Shown here piece after piece: positions 55,331-64,000 of a DNA stretch of 64,000 nt. Each line of letters starts with the position of its first letter. The first letter of the stretch is position 1. Location: the NCBI GenBank assembly GCA_013426185.1, contig CP058602.1:10231-74230 (forward strand), given 5' to 3'. Made by a program: the position numbers and the translations under genes. The notes beneath the pieces are model-generated. The model did not search any database, was not told where the DNA came from, and saw only the letters and a program-made list of their open reading frames with translations. The DNA comes from Candidatus Woesebacteria bacterium (GTDB lineage: Bacteria; Patescibacteriota; Microgenomatia; UBA8517).

Positions 55331-56347
55331 ATGTCTAATTTTAAGATTCAACCAATGATATCTTATTGGGCTAATTGTTTTTTCTTCATTTCCAACCTCT
55401 CGGAGTGGCATTGGAGCACTAGGAAGTTTTATAACAGTTATTGGTTGTCGAGAACAGGTAAATTAACTTCAACTGAAAGCAAAGCCCTTGCTAAAGCTAA
55501 GGCTATTTTTGCTAAATATGGCTTTGGTGATAGATATTGGGGTTTGGTCTTTTTGAGGGAGCCTGAAGAGGAAGTTTGGGATAAAGCTAAAAGATTTTTT
55601 GAACCACAAGAACTTAAGAGTTTAGAGGAAATATATAAAGTTTTTAAACCTCGTTTTGAGGCAATCTGGAAAACTGACCGCGAAAATTTATTGGCTTGGC
55701 GTGATCGCTTTAATGATATAAGGGATAAATTGTGTCCCGATGCCTTGCTTTCTGATCTTGATGCTCTCTTTTTTGGTACTGAAAGAAAAAGAAAGCATAA
55801 ATCTGTAAAAGTAGTGTTTTTAATAAGCTTTCCTAATAAATTTGCTGGCGGCGGTGGCAACTTGGGACCAGGAGTAGTTACCCTAGAGCTTTCTCAGACA
55901 CCTTTAGAATATGTCCGTCCTGTTGTTCTGACTATGTGGCATGAGATAGCTCATTCTCTTTGGATGATAAATGGATATGAGAATATGGTGGAGAAGTTTG
56001 TTAAAGAGAAGGATGAAATGCTTAATTTTGATGATAGCCCTTCATTGAGGGTTTTTGTTAACGAAGCGGTCGCCGAGTCGCTTTTGCCTCATGGGTATTT
56101 GGCTCAAAAGCATTTTAATTTTCCATCTGATGAATATTTTTCAAAGCAGGAAAAGATTGTTCTAAGAAAAGAAAACAACGTGCTGGAGAAATGGAGGTTG
56201 TATTCTGCTTCTCGACTTGTGCCTTTGGCTAGAAAGTATGTTGAGGAGGGGAAGGTATTAGATAGCGCTTTTCTTGATAAAGTATACGAGCTTTTTGTTG
56301 AAGCAAGAGATCTAATTGGTATAGGTCAACTTAAAGGCCAAAATTAG
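55331..56347 (+). CDS. Hypothetical protein with HExxH motif
   Basis: 'LTMWHEIAHSLW'. Confidence 0.4.
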   Translation: MSNFKIQPMISYWANCFFFISNLSEWHWSTRKFYNSYWLSRTGKLTSTESKALAKAKAIFAKYGFGDRYWGLVFLREPEEEVWDKAKRFFEPQELKSLEEIYKVFKPRFEAIWKTDRENLLAWRDRFNDIRDKLCPDALLSDLDALFFGTERKRKHKSVKVVFLISFPNKFAGGGGNLGPGVVTLELSQTPLEYVRPVVLTMWHEIAHSLWMINGYENMVEKFVKEKDEMLNFDDSPSLRVFVNEAVAESLLPHGYLAQKHFNFPSDEYFSKQEKIVLRKENNVLEKWRLYSASRLVPLARKYVEEGKVLDSAFLDKVYELFVEARDLIGIGQLKGQN

Positions 56348-56389
56348 GATGATTGAATAGGGACAGGTTCGGACCCTGTCCTGAAGTTT

Positions 56390-56830
56390 ACTACAAATAC
56401 ATCGATGTATTTATAGTTGAAGAAGTTGAAAGTTAATTTGCTAGATTTTAATTGCGTAAGATGACAAGGACGGACCTTGTCAAGCACCCTTTAAAGGCCT
56501 GGCCTTTAAAGGGTGGTCGAGGATGGCCGGAGCTGGTAGGAAGCTAGTATTTAGTATCTTGTATTATGTATTATGCAGGAAATACAAGTAGGAAGGAGAA
56601 AGTAGTAAGTAGAAAGCAAAAATAAAAAGTTCAAAATTAAAAGTTCAAAGTTGGAATTTACTAGTTTGTAATTTGGAAAATTGGATAATTGTAGAATTGT
56701 TTAGAATTTAGGATTTAGAAATTAGAATTTGGAATTTGTATATTGGAATTTGTATATTGTATATTGTTTGTAATTTGTGATTTGTTTATTGGAATTTGTA
56801 ATTTTATTCTTTGTCCTATGTTCTTTGTTC
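56390..56830. repeat. Palindrome cluster (double palindrome; tgacaaggacggaccttgtca; caccctttaaaggcctggcctttaaagggtg) followed by a modular low-complexity array
   Basis: Direct reading. Confidence 0.85.
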
Positions 56831-56882
56831 TCTTTTTGTTTCCCCTTTGAAATTATTTTGTGAGAAGATATACTTTAGGCCG

Positions 56883-58010
56883 ATGAGGGAATATTTTGAA
56901 AAGCTTAAATTGGGCAAAATAAAGCTGAAGTTTGACAGTCTAAATCCCAAACCTTTGTTTTTAAAAGTTGTTTTTGGCAAGATTCTTGGTCCTCTTTCTT
57001 TTGATGTTGGTATTGATCTTGGAACAGCCAATACTTTAGTTTGGGTCAAGGGGAAGGGAATTGTGATCAGGGAGCCATCGGTTGTTGCAAGGCGCAAAAA
57101 AACAAAGGAAATTTTGGCGATTGGGACTGCCGCAAAAAGAATGCTTGGCAAAGCGCCTGCTACCATTGAAGTTGTGAGACCCCTTAAAGATGGTGTGATC
57201 TCCGATTTTGACGCAACAGAAAGTATGCTTTCTTTTTATATCAAGAAAGTTCATGAGTCAGGAACGGCAGTCCCCAAAATTCCAAGGCCAAGAGTTGTCA
57301 TTGGTATTCCTTCGGGAGTAACAGAAGTTGAAAGAAGGGCGGTGTCAGATGCTGCTCTTTCTGCAGGCGCAAGAGAAGTTCATTTGGTTGAGGAGCCTTT
57401 GGCTGCTGCAATTGGTGCAAAGCTTGAAGTAACCAGGCCCGATGGAATCTTGGTAGTTGATATTGGTGGTGGCACAACTGAAATAGCGGTTATTTCCTTG
57501 GGGGGTATTGTTTTAGGTAAATCAATCAGAATTGCAGGAGATGAGATGAATGAGGCAATTATTAATTATGTTAAGCTAAAATATTCTCTTCTTTTGGGAG
57601 AGGGGACAGCAGAAGATGTAAAGATAAAAATTGGTACTTGTCGGCCTGAAAAAGAAAAGTTCTATGTTGTTCGTGGCCGGGATTTGGAGCGAGGTTTACC
57701 TAAATCAATCAAGCTTTCAAATATGGAAGTCCAAGAGGCTCTTTCTCCTATTATTAATGAGATTGTTGGCAATATAGCAGATTTACTTGAAGAGACACCC
57801 CCTGAATTGATGGCAGATATTATGGAGCAAGGGGTTTATTTAGCAGGTGGCGGTGCTTTACTTGAGGGGATTGATAAAGTAATTTCTGAGGCTATTAAAA
57901 TTCCTGTTAATATAGTTGAAGACCCACTTGCTTGTGTGGTTCGTGGTTGTGGCGCTCTTCTTGAAAACCCTGATCTTCTCTATCGTGTAAGATTAACAAG
58001 GGGACTATAA
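56883..58010 (+). CDS. mreB: Rod-shape determining protein MreB (copy 2), directly upstream of PBP2
   Basis: 'GIDLGTANTLVW' and actin-fold motifs. Start moved to the ATG at 56883, downstream of the repeat array. Confidence 0.85.
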   Translation: MREYFEKLKLGKIKLKFDSLNPKPLFLKVVFGKILGPLSFDVGIDLGTANTLVWVKGKGIVIREPSVVARRKKTKEILAIGTAAKRMLGKAPATIEVVRPLKDGVISDFDATESMLSFYIKKVHESGTAVPKIPRPRVVIGIPSGVTEVERRAVSDAALSAGAREVHLVEEPLAAAIGAKLEVTRPDGILVVDIGGGTTEIAVISLGGIVLGKSIRIAGDEMNEAIINYVKLKYSLLLGEGTAEDVKIKIGTCRPEKEKFYVVRGRDLERGLPKSIKLSNMEVQEALSPIINEIVGNIADLLEETPPELMADIMEQGVYLAGGGALLEGIDKVISEAIKIPVNIVEDPLACVVRGCGALLENPDLLYRVRLTRGL

Positions 58011-58012
58011 AT

Positions 58013-59644
58013 ATGTATTTTCAAGATGAAGAAAACTCTTGGCTTATCCTTTTTGCAAGAGGAGTTTTAATACTTGTTTTTTCAATCCTTTTTGCTCGCG
58101 CTTTTGAGCTCCAGATTGTTAAGGGGTCTTATTTTCGCTTGCTTTCTGAAAATAATCGCACAAGGAAAATAGAAATTAGCGCCCCTCGTGGCAAGATTCT
58201 TGCTCGAGGAGGTGAGGTTTTAGTTAGTAACACTGAAATAAAGAAAAGAATAATTTTTGATCCCAAGGAGGGGTATCTTAAAACTGAAAATTTGGAAGGA
58301 GCATCAGAGGAGGATAAGATTTCCGAGTGGAAGCGTGATTATAGTCTTGGCGCAAAAGCCGGGCATATCACTGGCTATTTGGGGGAAGTTGGCGCTGATG
58401 AAGTGGGTAAAGTTGATCCGCTTTGCAAGGAAAAAGGTCCTTTTAAAGCGGGCGATTTGGTTGGAAGAGGTGGACTTGAGGAAAGTTACAATTGTCTTTT
58501 GAGAGGAATTCCAGGTGAGAAGTTAATTGAGGTTGATACAACTGGCAAGAAGATAAGACTTTTGGGAGAGAAAAAAGCTGTTTCAGGCCTTGATTTGAAA
58601 ACGACTATTGATTACAAGCTTCAGGAAAAAGTGGCTGAATTGATGGAAGGCAAAAAAGGGGCTGTTGTTGTAAGCGATCCAAAAGGCGAAATTCTTGCTT
58701 TATATTCTTCACCTTCTTTTGATCCTAATTGGTTTATTAATAAAGATACAAAGAAAGTAGCAGATGTCTTGAATGATGAAGCAAAACCTTTATTTAATCG
58801 CGCTATTTCGAGAATTTACCATCCGGGTTCAACTTTTAAACTTTTTGTCTCTCTTGCTGCTTTAAAAGAGGGGAAAATAGATAAGGATTTTACCTATGAG
58901 GATAAAGGAGAGGTAGTTTTGGATACTCCTTATGGCACTTTTAAATATGGCAATTGGTACTTTTCTCAGTATGGTAGGGTTGAAGGGAAGGTTGATATGG
59001 TTCGGGCATTGGCGCGGTCAACGGATACATTTTTTTATAAAGTGGGTGAGATTTTGGGTATAGATAATTTAGTCAAGTGGTCAAAGATTTTCGGTTTTGG
59101 TAGCAAGACAGGAATTGATCTACCTGGGGAGGTCTCAGGATTAGTTCCTGATCCCGAATGGAAACTAAGAGTGAAAGGGGAAAGTTGGTTTTTGGGTAAT
59201 ACTTATCATATGTCAATCGGCCAGGGAGATTTGGCAGTTAGTCCTATTGAATTAACACAGGCGATAGCAGTTATTGCAAATGGCGGCTATTTATGCAAAC
59301 CTCATCTTGTGGGGGGAGAAAATTGCCGCAAGCTTGATTTGAATGATGGAGATATTAGTCTTGTTAAGGAAGGTATGATTCAGGTTTGCCAAACTGGCGG
59401 CACTGCTTTTCCTTTCTTTGATTTTAAGGAGAAAGTTGCCTGTAAAACTGGAACAGCTGAGACAGGCAAGAAGGATACCACGCATGCTTGGTTTACCTTT
59501 TTTGCGCCAGCTTTTGACCCTGAGATAGTGGTTACCGTTTTTGTTGAAGAAGGTGGGGAAGGCTCAAAAGAAGCTGCCCCACTAGGTCGTGCGATTGCTG
59601 ATTTTTGGTTTAGTCGTAAAAATGGGCTGCCCAAAAATGACTGA
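58013..59644 (+). CDS. mrdA: Penicillin-binding protein 2 (elongasome transpeptidase)
   Basis: N-terminal TM and dimerisation domain. Transpeptidase 'HPGSTFK' (SxxK) plus downstream conserved blocks. Confidence 0.85.
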   Translation: MYFQDEENSWLILFARGVLILVFSILFARAFELQIVKGSYFRLLSENNRTRKIEISAPRGKILARGGEVLVSNTEIKKRIIFDPKEGYLKTENLEGASEEDKISEWKRDYSLGAKAGHITGYLGEVGADEVGKVDPLCKEKGPFKAGDLVGRGGLEESYNCLLRGIPGEKLIEVDTTGKKIRLLGEKKAVSGLDLKTTIDYKLQEKVAELMEGKKGAVVVSDPKGEILALYSSPSFDPNWFINKDTKKVADVLNDEAKPLFNRAISRIYHPGSTFKLFVSLAALKEGKIDKDFTYEDKGEVVLDTPYGTFKYGNWYFSQYGRVEGKVDMVRALARSTDTFFYKVGEILGIDNLVKWSKIFGFGSKTGIDLPGEVSGLVPDPEWKLRVKGESWFLGNTYHMSIGQGDLAVSPIELTQAIAVIANGGYLCKPHLVGGENCRKLDLNDGDISLVKEGMIQVCQTGGTAFPFFDFKEKVACKTGTAETGKKDTTHAWFTFFAPAFDPEIVVTVFVEEGGEGSKEAAPLGRAIADFWFSRKNGLPKND

Positions 59645-60716
59645 AAAAAATTATCTAATTGCTCTTTCTGCTTTTGTTCCTTTTGGACCAGTTCGTCTTT
59701 CTTTGCTTTTATCCTATTTTAAGACTGCCAAAAAAGTTTGGAGTCTTTCTCTTTCTGATTTGGCGGAAGTTGGAATTAAAGAAAAATTGGCTTTGGAATT
59801 TATTTCTTTTCGCGACAATTTTAATATTGAAGCTTACCTTGAGAGACTTAAAAAATTTGGCATTGACTGTGTTATCAAAGGAGAAGAAAATTATCCCAAA
59901 AATTTGGCTGAGATAGATTCAGCGCCTTTAGTCTTGTATGTTAAAGGCAGTTTAAAGTCGTTAGACACCGAATCAGTAGCAATAGTGGGTTCAAGGAAAA
60001 TGACTTCATATGGCAGAGAGGTTGCGGAAAAATTTGCTTATGAGATTTCCCAAGCTGGAGTAACAATTATCTCAGGCCTGGCAAGAGGGATTGATACCGT
60101 GGCTCATAAAAGCGCTCTTGAGGGAGGAGGAAGAACAATTGCAGTTGTTGGCTCTGGCTTAAACAGAATTTATCCTCCTGAAAATACCAATCTTGCTTTA
60201 TCAATTGCCAAAGACGGTGCTTTAATTTCTGAATATCCGCTTGATTATCCTGCTTTAAGACTTAATTTCGCTGCAAGGAATAGGATAATTTCAGGCCTCT
60301 CAAAGATAGTTCTCGTGATTGAAGGAGCTGAAAAAAGCGGCACTTTGCTTACTGCTTCTCATGCGGCAGAGCAGGGAAGAACTGTTTTTGCGGTGCCGGG
60401 TCAAATTACCTCTCCTCTTTCTTTTGCTCCTCATTTTTTGATTCAAAACGGAGCAAAGATTGCCTTTTCACCTCGCGATATAATTTCAGAGCTAGATCTT
60501 CAATTTAAAGTTGATACAGCTGAAGTAGAAAAAGTTATGCCCAAAGACAAGGAAGAAGAAAAGATACTTTTGGCTTTGGAAAGTGAGCCTTTGCATCTTG
60601 ATGAAATTGCTAGAATTTGTAGCTTTTCAGTTTCTCTGGTATCATCTAAACTTATTGTTATGGAAATGAAAGGGATGGTCAAAAGCTTAGGCAGCGGCAT
60701 CTATAAGAAACTATAG
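59637..60716 (+). CDS. dprA: DNA processing protein DprA (Smf)
   Basis: 'VAIVGSRKMTSYGREVAEKFAYEISQAGVTIISGLARGIDTVAH' Rossmann-like DprA core. Conserved dprA-topA linkage. Confidence 0.85.
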   Translation: MTEKNYLIALSAFVPFGPVRLSLLLSYFKTAKKVWSLSLSDLAEVGIKEKLALEFISFRDNFNIEAYLERLKKFGIDCVIKGEENYPKNLAEIDSAPLVLYVKGSLKSLDTESVAIVGSRKMTSYGREVAEKFAYEISQAGVTIISGLARGIDTVAHKSALEGGGRTIAVVGSGLNRIYPPENTNLALSIAKDGALISEYPLDYPALRLNFAARNRIISGLSKIVLVIEGAEKSGTLLTASHAAEQGRTVFAVPGQITSPLSFAPHFLIQNGAKIAFSPRDIISELDLQFKVDTAEVEKVMPKDKEEEKILLALESEPLHLDEIARICSFSVSLVSSKLIVMEMKGMVKSLGSGIYKKL

Positions 60717-60747
60717 GATTGACAAGGACGGACCTTGTCACAAAAAT

Positions 60748-62730
60748 ATGAACTTAATAATTGTAGAAAGTCCAACAAAAGCAAGAACTTTATCTAAAAT
60801 TTTGGGTAAGGATTATGTTATTGAGGCTACGATGGGCCATATCAAAGACTTGCCCAAAAGTGAGCTGGGGGTTGATATCGAAAATAATTTTAAACCTGAT
60901 TACCTTCTTGTTGCCAAAAAGAAAGAAGTAGTTGATAAGATACTTAACGCGGTAAAAAAAATTGGTGAAGATGGATTAATTTTACTTGCGACAGATCCTG
61001 ATCGTGAGGGAGAAGCGATAGCCTCTCATGTTGCTGAGATAATTTTGGATAAGGGCAAGGTTAAAAAAGATATCTTAAAAAGAATTACCTTTCACGAAAT
61101 TACCAAAGAAGCTTTGTATCAAGCTTTAGCTTCGCCTTCTGCTATTGATTCCAACTTAGTTGATGCTCAGACTGCAAGGCGAGTTTTGGATAGACTTGTG
61201 GGTTATAAGCTTTCACCTCTTTTGTGGAAGAAAGTAAGAAGAGGCCTTTCTGCTGGTCGTGTTCAGACAGTTGCAGTAAGACTAATTGTTGAGAAAGAGC
61301 GCGAAATTGAGGCTTTTTCCCCTCAGGAATATTGGGAGATAACAGCTGAGCTTGAAAAAGATAAAGAGAAATTTGTAGCCAAACTTTTGGAGATAGAAGG
61401 AAAAAAAGCCGAGGTCAAAAATCAAAACGAGGCAGAAGCGGTTGTCTCAGATCTTGAAAAATCTAATTATTTTGTTTTAGATGTTATTAAAAAAGAAGTT
61501 CGTAAAGCTCCTCATCCACCTTTCACCACTTCTACTTTGACTCAGGCAGCTGCCAACCTCTTTTTTTGGTCTTCAAAAAGAACAATGAGTATTGCTCAAA
61601 GGCTTTATGAGAAAGGTTTGATAACCTATCACCGTACAGATTCGGTTAATATCGCAGAAGTCGCGCTTTTGAAGGCAAGAGATTATATTAAGGCAAATTT
61701 TGATAAAGCCTATTTGCCAGGTAAGCCTCGAGTTTTTAAGAAGAAAGCCAAACTTGCGCAGGAAGCGCATGAGGCAATTCGCCCTGCCGATCCGTTTTTG
61801 AAACCTTATTCTCCTGAAATTGATGTTGAGCCTGAAGGGCATAGGCTTTATGAGCTTATCTGGAAGCGCTTTATGGCAAGTCAGATGGCTGAATCTGTTT
61901 ATGATGAGACAAAGGTCAAAGTTAGAGCTCAGGGTTCAAAAGATTATTTATTTGGCGCAAACGGACTTATTATGAAATTTGATGGCTGGAAAGTCTTGTA
62001 TTCCAAAAAGTCAGAGGATGTTGTTTTGCCAAAGCTTGAAAAAGGAAACAAGTTGTCTTTGGTAAAACTAACGCCAGAGCAAAAGTTTACCCAACCACCA
62101 GCTCGTTATACAGAGGCTTCTTTGATCAAAACTCTTGAGAAGCTTGGCATCGGCAGGCCATCAACTTATGCGCCGATTATTTCAACTATCCAGCTTCGCA
62201 ATTATGTTGAAAAGAAGGAAGGGAAGTTTTATCCCACCAAAATTGGAATTGCAGTTAATGATTTCCTGATACCTAACTTTAATGATATTTTTGATTATTC
62301 GTTTACTGCAAGAATGGAGGATAATCTTGATTTGATAGCAAAAGGAAATTTGGTTTGGCAGAATGTGATTCGGGATTTTTGGAGCCCTTTTGTTTTGATT
62401 TTGGAAAGTGTTGAAGCAAATTCGCAAAGGGTCAAAATAGAGGCCGATTTTTTGGGCAAGAAATGTCCTGAGTGCAAAGAAGGAGACTTGGTGATTAGAA
62501 TAGGCAGGTTTGGTAAGTTTGTTTCCTGTTCTCGTTTTCCTGAGTGTAAATATAGGGAAAAGTATGTTGAGAAAATTGGAATTAGTTGTCCTGAATGCAA
62601 AAAAGGGGAAGTGGTTGTTAAAAGAACTGCAAAGGGCAAGAAATTTTACGGCTGCTCGCATTATCCTGATTGCAAGTGGGCAAGCTGGAGAAAACCTCAA
62701 GCAAATAATCCAACACCGGGTGTTGACTAG
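60748..62730 (+). CDS. topA: DNA topoisomerase I with C-terminal zinc ribbons
   Basis: 'MNLIIVESPTKARTLSKILGKDYVIEATMGHIKDLP' TOPRIM and 'LITYHRTDS' active-site Tyr region. Three C-terminal CxxC...CxxC ribbons. Confidence 0.95.
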   Translation: MNLIIVESPTKARTLSKILGKDYVIEATMGHIKDLPKSELGVDIENNFKPDYLLVAKKKEVVDKILNAVKKIGEDGLILLATDPDREGEAIASHVAEIILDKGKVKKDILKRITFHEITKEALYQALASPSAIDSNLVDAQTARRVLDRLVGYKLSPLLWKKVRRGLSAGRVQTVAVRLIVEKEREIEAFSPQEYWEITAELEKDKEKFVAKLLEIEGKKAEVKNQNEAEAVVSDLEKSNYFVLDVIKKEVRKAPHPPFTTSTLTQAAANLFFWSSKRTMSIAQRLYEKGLITYHRTDSVNIAEVALLKARDYIKANFDKAYLPGKPRVFKKKAKLAQEAHEAIRPADPFLKPYSPEIDVEPEGHRLYELIWKRFMASQMAESVYDETKVKVRAQGSKDYLFGANGLIMKFDGWKVLYSKKSEDVVLPKLEKGNKLSLVKLTPEQKFTQPPARYTEASLIKTLEKLGIGRPSTYAPIISTIQLRNYVEKKEGKFYPTKIGIAVNDFLIPNFNDIFDYSFTARMEDNLDLIAKGNLVWQNVIRDFWSPFVLILESVEANSQRVKIEADFLGKKCPECKEGDLVIRIGRFGKFVSCSRFPECKYREKYVEKIGISCPECKKGEVVVKRTAKGKKFYGCSHYPDCKWASWRKPQANNPTPGVD

Positions 62731-63440
62731 CTTCAAACAGTGGGTAAAGACGGACTTCGGACTTCAGTTATCGGCTGTCGGACATCGGACATCGGATATC
62801 GGATATCAGTTATCGGCTGTCGGATATCGGCTGTCGGAATTCAGTCGAAGTTAGTCGGAAGAAAATATCTGCATTATGAAAGATCCAAGTAGAAAGTAGT
62901 AAGTAGAAAGTAGAAAGCAAAATTAATAAATAGTTAAAAGTTCAAAGTTGAAAGTTAAAAGAATTCGGATTTCAGCTATCAGTTGTCAGCTGTCGGAGTT
63001 GTTTGCTATCTTAATTCATAAATCTTAAATCCTAAATCAAAATTCTATAATCTATAATCCATAATCAAAAATCTATAATCTAATCATAAAGTTTTGACTT
63101 TTGATTTTTAATTTTTAATTTAATTTGTGATTTGGAATTTGCCTGCCCTGAATCGAATTTATTCTGGTTCAGGGTTTAGAATTTAGATATTAGAATTTAG
63201 AATTTGGAATTTGTATATTGTTTGTATATTGGAATTTGGAGCTTGGATTTGTAATTTCTAATTTGTGATTTTCCCTTTGTTCTTTGTTCTAACCTAGTAG
63301 GTAAAAAGCAAGGGGTAAAAGGTAAAAGAAATTCAAGTAGAAAGTAGAACGTAGTAAGTAGAAAGCAAAATTCTATAATCTATAATCCAAAATCTATAAT
63401 CTAATTAGAAAGTTTTGACTTTTAACTTCTGCCTCTTGAG
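62731..63440. repeat. Modular low-complexity repeat array, the longest tandem instance (module order repeated roughly twice)
   Basis: Direct reading. Confidence 0.85.
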
Positions 63441-63472
63441 AATTGTTTCTTTTCTTTCTATACTTTCAAAAG

Positions 63473-63811
63473 ATGGAAGATTGCATTTTTTGCAAAATAA
63501 TAAGAGGTGAGGCTCCTTCTGAAAAAGTTTGGGAAGATGAAGAGATCTTGGCTTTTAAAGATATTAAGCCTTCAGCTCCTGTTCATATTTTAATTGTTCC
63601 CAAAAAGCACATACAAAATCTTTCTGATACAAGTTCTGAAGATCAAGCGCTTTTGGGAAAAATTCAGCTTACGGCGGTTGAGATTGCAGAAAAATTGGGG
63701 ATTAAAGATGCATTTCGAGTTTCTACTTTAAATGGAAAAAATGCGGGTCAGGTAGTTTTTCATCTTCATTATCACTTGATGGGAGGTTGGAGCGAAAAAC
63801 CTAATTTATGA
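63473..63811 (+). CDS. HIT-family (histidine triad) nucleotide hydrolase
   Basis: 'CIFCKII' and 'HLHYHLMGG' histidine triad. Confidence 0.8.
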   Translation: MEDCIFCKIIRGEAPSEKVWEDEEILAFKDIKPSAPVHILIVPKKHIQNLSDTSSEDQALLGKIQLTAVEIAEKLGIKDAFRVSTLNGKNAGQVVFHLHYHLMGGWSEKPNL

Positions 63812-64000
63812 TTAGATCAGAAATTAGCAAAAAAATAGGTGAGGCTATGAAAGCAGGCGACAAAGTTCGTCTTGAGACTCTTAAGCTTCTTTCCTCAGCC
63901 TTGAATTACGAATTTATTAGTAAACAGCATGAACTTTCGGAAGACGAAGAGCTTGCTGTAGTCCGAAGAGAAATCAAGAAGAGAAAAGATGCAATTGAAG
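63808..64000 (+). CDS. GatB/YqeY-domain protein, partial at the window edge
   Basis: 'MIRSEISKKIGEAMKAGDKVRLETLKLLSSALNYE' matches the YqeY family N-terminus. Confidence 0.55.
   Translation, partial: MIRSEISKKIGEAMKAGDKVRLETLKLLSSALNYEFISKQHELSEDEELAVVRREIKKRKDAIE

Noticed and set aside
811-63440. The repeat arrays as a CRISPR array
   Set aside because: Units are 5-12 nt microsatellite-like tandems with no 25-40 nt repeats alternating with unique spacers. No cas genes are present.

Overview
The window is a low-GC, gene-dense bacterial fragment. My guess, from gene content and architecture, is a Candidate Phyla Radiation/Patescibacteria-type genome. Supporting points: a split comEC, an r-protein L1 with a long K/E-rich N-terminal extension, many Pro/Thr-linker surface proteins, a sortase-like LPxxG substrate, small genes and many peptidases. 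This assignment is an inference, not something the sequence shows directly.

Core genes recognised from the translations: comEA and comEC (two ORFs), argS, ndk, rsmI, two mreB copies, mrdA (PBP2), dprA-topA, the secE-nusG-rplK-rplA-rplJ-rplL cluster, rpmG, rpmB, rpsU, rnhB, fmt-def, queA, uppS beside a polyprenyl synthase, a WecB/TagA-family glycosyltransferase, alkD and a HIT protein. There are six tRNAs (Arg-CCT, Pro-CGG, Trp-CCA, Thr-GGT, Tyr-GTA, Thr-TGT).

Accessory content worth attention:
- (i) A four-gene + strand operon at 24016-28042: a 7TM membrane protein, an ATP-grasp fused to a retropepsin-like DTGA domain, and two more tandem RimK/LysX-like ATP-grasp ligases. It looks like a RimK/RimB-type protein-tail ligation and processing system in an unusual fused, triplicated and membrane-coupled form.
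- (ii) A family of composite, modular, low-complexity repeat arrays that fills nearly every long intergenic gap, about 10% of the window. They occur in both orientations, with module order conserved.
- (iii) Several families of short perfect palindromes; the commonest is tgacaaggacggaccttgtca (9 copies).
- (iv) Two lipoprotein paralogs whose promoter, signal peptide and linker (about 258 bp) are nucleotide-identical inverted repeats around a decayed DDE transposase.
- (v) A paralog-rich island at 48.0-56.4 kb, including two small-protein cassettes with a conserved ~200-nt 5' leader.
- (vi) tRNA-Thr duplication fragments that suggest an integration scar.
- (vii) A G7 homopolymer frameshift in a secreted protein.

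All coordinates and motifs were read from the sequence. Family assignments are from motif recognition without database searches.
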